Positions 61,730 through 64,000 of a DNA stretch of 64,000 nt are shown here, one piece after another (position 1 is the first letter of the stretch; the number at the start of each line of letters is the position of its first letter). The position numbers and the translations under genes were made by a program. The DNA is from Eledone cirrhosa (Eukaryota), in assembly GCA_964016885.1 (NCBI GenBank), contig OZ024745.1:134168001-134232000 (forward strand). Reading direction: 5' to 3'. The notes below the pieces were generated by a model. It saw only the letters and a program-made list of their open reading frames with translations, had not been told where the DNA came from and did no database searches.

Positions 61730-63790
61730 TGAGCACCCAGTTATCCCCGCTATCAGCCAAAGCGAAGCTCCGCTTTCTGAGTGCAATTGTGGCACTCACC
61801 AATAGGCTCATCCATGGCGCCCTGGATCCTCACGCCCTCTTTTATTCGGCTAGCCTGACCGCTCTCAGGAAGAAAGAGGGTGGCACACGCACCATCGTTA
61901 TGGGCAATGTCTTCCGGTACTGGCTGCTAAGGTGGTCTGCAGGTCCATCACACCTGAACAGGGTGAGGAGCTCAGTCCGGTGGCTGTGAGGAGGCCGCAC
62001 ATGTAGCTAGGCAGTTCCTCAACAGCTGCCCACCGGAACCGGCATCCAGGGACTCCAGGCACCGCATTGTCCAGCTTGACATGAGGAATGCCTTCAACTG
62101 CCTACGTTGTGACCATCTGCTTGAGGCCTGCTTCAGCCGAGCTCCCGCTGCCTACCCGCTAACCTACCTGTCATATGGAGACCCGAGCATACTCCTTGCT
62201 GCTGATACGGTCATACCCTCGGCTACTGGGGTCCAACAGGGTGACCCTTTGGGGCCGGTCTTATTTGCTCTTGGTATAGACTACATTGCTCTGAGTATCA
62301 CGGCCCCTCTCAACGTTTGGTACCTGGATAATGCTACGTTGGGTGGGCCCGTAGAGACTGTCTGCCATGCCCTACAATCGATGGTTCCTGCCCTGGCGGG
62401 AATCGGCCTCCAGGTCATCTCGTCCAAGCTGGAGGTGGTGAATGTCAATCACGATGCTAAGACCTTTGCAGCCTCAGTCTCGGACGTGCGGTCCATTCTC
62501 CACCAGGTACAGGTGACCCCCAAAGAGGATGTACTCATCCTTGGGTCACCGATCCAACCGCCGGCCATCCGCTCCACCATCAGGTCTAGGCTCCATCAAC
62601 TCAAGACCCTCACGAGCCGACTGGGCATAATTGACGCCCACCCAACCCTCTTCCTGTTGAGGAACTGCTTCGCCATGCCGAAGCTGTTCTATACTCTTCG
62701 CAGCGCTCCGTGCTACAGCCACGCATCTCTCCTCCCTGACCTCGATACTTGTATCCGAGCGGCAGCCGAGGAGATATGCAATGTCAGGTTTGACGACATT
62801 GGATGGCAACAGGGCACCTTACCTGTTAGATATGGTGGCCTTGGCCTCTGGTCCCTGATCTCGCTGGCTTTGCCGGCGTTTCTTTAGTTGGTAACCTCAT
62901 GCCGTGTCCTCGTCAGCAGGGTTCTCCAAAACAATGGAACCCTCTGTCATCGAGGAACGTGAGGCCACCTACGAGACGTGGGACTGGCTGGGACTTAGCC
63001 CAGTAGACGTCCCTCCTCCTCCCCCTGCTGACGTCAAATTCCCCCAAAGCATTTGGGATGCCATCCAGTGCAGCCTGGCCTCAGACAGGCTCACGCGCCA
63101 GCTCGACCAGCACTACCTTGCCTGTTTTCGCGTGGCCTCCAAACTCCACAGTGGTGCCTGGCTCCCTGCCTTGCCCTCCTTCTCCACTGGCACGCAGCTG
63201 GACAATGGTAGCCTACGCATCGGCGTTTCCCTGAGGCTTGGCCTCCGGATCTGCGAGCCACACAAATGTCGCTGCGGATCCACCGTGGACTCTTTCCGCC
63301 TCCACCCGCTTTCCTGTAGCTACAGTGCCGGCCGCCTTCCACGCCATGTTGCCCTCAACGAGATCATAAAACAAGGCTTGGATCTTGCAGGATTCCCCTC
63401 CCAGCTCGAGCCGGTGGGGCTGAACCAAGGGGACGGCAAAAGGCAAGATGGTATGACCATCTTCCCGTTCCTCGTCTGGGATGCCAATTGCAGCAACACT
63501 TTCTCCAGCTGCAACCTGGTGCACTCTGCGTCTAACCCAGGTTCTGCTGCACTTTGGGCTGAGGAGGGCAAACTCTCCAAGTACCGGTCGCTCTCCGACA
63601 GGTAGTGCCCTTAGCAGTGAAGACGTCTGGTGTCCTTGGCCCTAGGGCTACCTCCCTGCTTACCACTATAGGCGCTGAGCTGGCCAGCCGCAGGTGTGAG
63701 CCTCGCGATGGAATGGCTCTTCCAGAGCATATCCCTTACCATCCTCCGGGGAAATGCCTTCTCCACTCTGTCCGCTGGGGCTGTGAAGCG
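61730..63790 (+). mobile_element. CRE-clade non-LTR retrotransposon, decayed: RT, zinc finger and restriction-like endonuclease
   Basis: ALRKKEGGTRTI.MG, LDMRNAFN, GVQQGDPLGPVLFAL, WYLDN (catalytic YLDD mutated), LPVRYGGLG, HKCRCG...HPLSC...RH..LN, DGKRQDG, VWD, WLFQSISLTILRGNA. Several frameshifts and stops. Confidence 0.92.
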
Positions 63791-64000
63791 GCCAGCACGT
63801 GGGACCCCATTTGCTCACCATACAGAGAGATGGGGAGGGCGAGATAGAGGGGGAGATGACAGTGGGAGTTCGGCTCTTCCATGTTCGAACTCACCTGTCA
63901 AGAGTGTATTTTGATTCATTCATTCTTTAATATACATGTTTTTGTAATATATAAAGAAAATTAATTGTCGCAGGAATGCTACCACTTAAAATAAAATTTC

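Noticed and set aside
62081-63605. Functional reverse transcriptase gene
   Set aside because: Catalytic YLDD is YLDN and the frame is broken several times; a dead CRE copy.

Overview
AT-rich eukaryotic DNA with no convincing host protein-coding gene. The SINE family, RTE/CRE LINEs and very long (TA)n arrays suggest a coleoid cephalopod, probably an octopod; this is inference only. Much of the window is tandem repeat: a 43-bp minisatellite, a 63-bp minisatellite and multi-kb degenerate (TA)n arrays, which produce nearly all the long ORFs in the track. The rest holds decayed or truncated retroelements (CRE, R4/Dong-like, RTE with a PHD-like finger, CR1/L2-like, two Penelope-like elements with GIY-YIG domains), a mariner remnant, MITE/foldback structures and many tRNA-derived SINEs. 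There is one 200-N gap. The main unannotated signal is RNA-structural. About ten type I hammerhead ribozyme (HHR) motifs, plus degenerate ones, sit in Penelope tails and in small non-coding, partly tandem retrozyme-like islands. Three or four of these islands share an ATGCAAAT-octamer + CCAAT/PSE-like module 70-85 nt upstream of the ribozyme core. Two distant 71-nt motifs (12430-12500 minus, 56088-56158 plus) align without gaps, covary in three helices and carry all three hammerhead core elements in a non-canonical, pseudoknotted order. All structures were read by eye and none has been computed or tested.
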